From a bacterium (lineage in GTDB: Bacteria > Arandabacterota > Arandabacteria > Arandabacterales > JALGWA01): a stretch of 15,971 nucleotides of DNA. The stretch lies in contig JASFEA010000074.1 in the NCBI GenBank assembly GCA_050125095.1, positions 1-15,971 on the forward strand. The letters are read 5' to 3'. Under the pieces are notes generated by a model. That model had not been told where the DNA came from. It did not search any database and saw nothing but the letters and a program-made list of their open reading frames with translations. The position numbers and the translations under genes are program-made. This document shows, one piece after another, positions 14,787-15,971 of this stretch (position 1 is the first letter of the stretch; each line of letters begins with the position of its first letter).

Positions 14787-15503
14787 GTGCTCAAGGGAGT
14801 AAACAGACTGGCAGCCGACATGACGGCGAGAATAACAAGGCAGGACATGGTGGCCGAGAACCTGGCCAACGCGTCCACGCCGGGCTTCAAGACCCAGCGC
14901 CTCTTCTCGACCCTGTTGAGAGAATCCGTGCGGAGCGGCGGCAAGGCGGCCGACCACGGGGCGTACGGCATCTACACCGACTTCAGTCAGGGCCCGGTCG
15001 ACGTGACCAACCGGCCGCTCGATTTCGCCATCAACGGGGAGGGTTTCTTTGCGGTCGAGACGAGCACGGGCGAGCAGTACACCCGCGCAGGCAACTTCAC
15101 CCTCGACGAGGAGGGCACCCTCACCACCAACCGCGGCCACGTCGTGCAGGGGACCTCGGGCCCGATCACCATCGAGAGCGGAGACTTCACGGTGAGCGCA
15201 GAGGGCAAGATCATGGTTCAGGGCGCGGAGGTCGGTGCGATCAAGGTCGTAACTTTCCGGGACCCGCAGAACCTGGTCCGGAGAGGCAATTACTACGAGG
15301 CTCCCGGACAGGCCGCGCAGGAATCGGAAATGACCGACACCCAGGTCCTGCAGGGCGCTCTCGAGAGAGCGAATGTGAGTCCCGTGGATGAAATGGTGAA
15401 CATGATAGCCGTACACAGGGGATTCGAAACCGAACAGGCGACAATCAAGATGCAGGATGACAGTGCCAAGAAACTCATCGATAACGCAGGAAACGTCGGA
15501 TAA
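14787..15503 (+). CDS. flgF: Flagellar basal-body rod protein FlgF
   Basis: QDMVAENLANASTPGFK, TDFSQGP...TNRPLDFAINGEGFFAV, YTRAGNF, QGALERANVSPVDEMVNMI...RGFE. GTG 14787 (MLKG...) follows SD GGAGG at 14777-14781; the ORF track starts at 14781. Confidence 0.92.
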   Translation: MLKGVNRLAADMTARITRQDMVAENLANASTPGFKTQRLFSTLLRESVRSGGKAADHGAYGIYTDFSQGPVDVTNRPLDFAINGEGFFAVETSTGEQYTRAGNFTLDEEGTLTTNRGHVVQGTSGPITIESGDFTVSAEGKIMVQGAEVGAIKVVTFRDPQNLVRRGNYYEAPGQAAQESEMTDTQVLQGALERANVSPVDEMVNMIAVHRGFETEQATIKMQDDSAKKLIDNAGNVG

Positions 15504-15521
15504 GGGCAGGGGGTAACCGTA

Positions 15522-15971
15522 ATGATCAGGGCACTTAAAACTGCGGCGACAGGAATGCGCGCGCAGCAGCTCAATGTCGACAATATCGCGAACAACCTCG
15601 CGAACATCAACACCACCGGTTTCAAGAGAAGCAAGGTGGAGTTCCAGGATCTCTTCTACCAGACGGCCAAGGTGCCGGGGCGAATCGCCGGACAGGGCAT
15701 AGAGGCGCCTTCTGCTCTGGAGATAGGCTACGGCGCGGCGCCGGTGGCCACGCAGAAGATCTTCTCAGAGGGCGAGATCCTCCCGACCAACAATCCTCTC
15801 GATATCGCGATAAACGGGGACGGGTTCTTCCGCATCACTCTGGCAGACGGCTCGTACGCCTACACAAGGGACGGCGCGTTCAAGCTCTCGGGCGACGGGA
15901 GGATAGTGAATACCGACGGCGAGCCCATGGATCCGGAGATAAGCATACCGGAGGGATCGACCGGCATCGTC
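15522..15971 (+). CDS. flgG: Flagellar basal-body distal rod protein FlgG (partial, runs off window)
   Basis: Not in the ORF track; read by hand from ATG 15522: MIRALKTAATGMRAQQLNVDNIANNLANINTTGFKRSKVEFQDLFYQ...LEIGYG...NNPLDIAINGDGFF...AYTRDGAFK. Confidence 0.95.
   Translation, partial: MIRALKTAATGMRAQQLNVDNIANNLANINTTGFKRSKVEFQDLFYQTAKVPGRIAGQGIEAPSALEIGYGAAPVATQKIFSEGEILPTNNPLDIAINGDGFFRITLADGSYAYTRDGAFKLSGDGRIVNTDGEPMDPEISIPEGSTGIV

Noticed and set aside
14717-15391. 224-aa alternative-frame ORF overlapping flgF
   Set aside because: It starts upstream of the sigma-54 promoter, is off-frame to a clear FlgF and has no motifs.
1-15971. Mobile elements, CRISPR arrays, tRNA/rRNA, frameshifted pseudogenes
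   Set aside because: No transposase or integrase ORFs, spaced direct repeats, structural RNA signatures or broken reading frames were seen by eye.

Overview
GC-rich bacterial flagellar biosynthesis cluster, entirely on the + strand and tightly packed. Order: 3' end of probable flgD, a TIGR02530-type 'flagellar operon protein', a structured 86-nt intergenic leader, enlarged flgE, fliL-fliM-fliN-fliO-fliP-fliQ-fliR-flhB-flhA-flhF-fliA, then an accessory cassette (small charged ORF, stand-alone PilZ, N-terminally truncated DUF342/FapA, HDOD protein). A regulatory spacer (two inverted repeats, exact IHF consensus, sigma-54 -24/-12 box) precedes flgF and a partial flgG. The best candidate for an undescribed system is the small flagellar operon protein, which has a DUF4258/BECR-RNase-like 'FSKHALER' signature, sitting next to a two-hairpin RNA element that can occlude the flgE ribosome-binding site. 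Secondly, export and axial genes look intact while motor-control parts look eroded: FliM lacks the CheY-binding peptide, FlhF has degenerate GTPase motifs, flhG and motAB are absent from their usual positions, and the PilZ motif is non-canonical. All family assignments come from motif recognition by eye; no searches were run.
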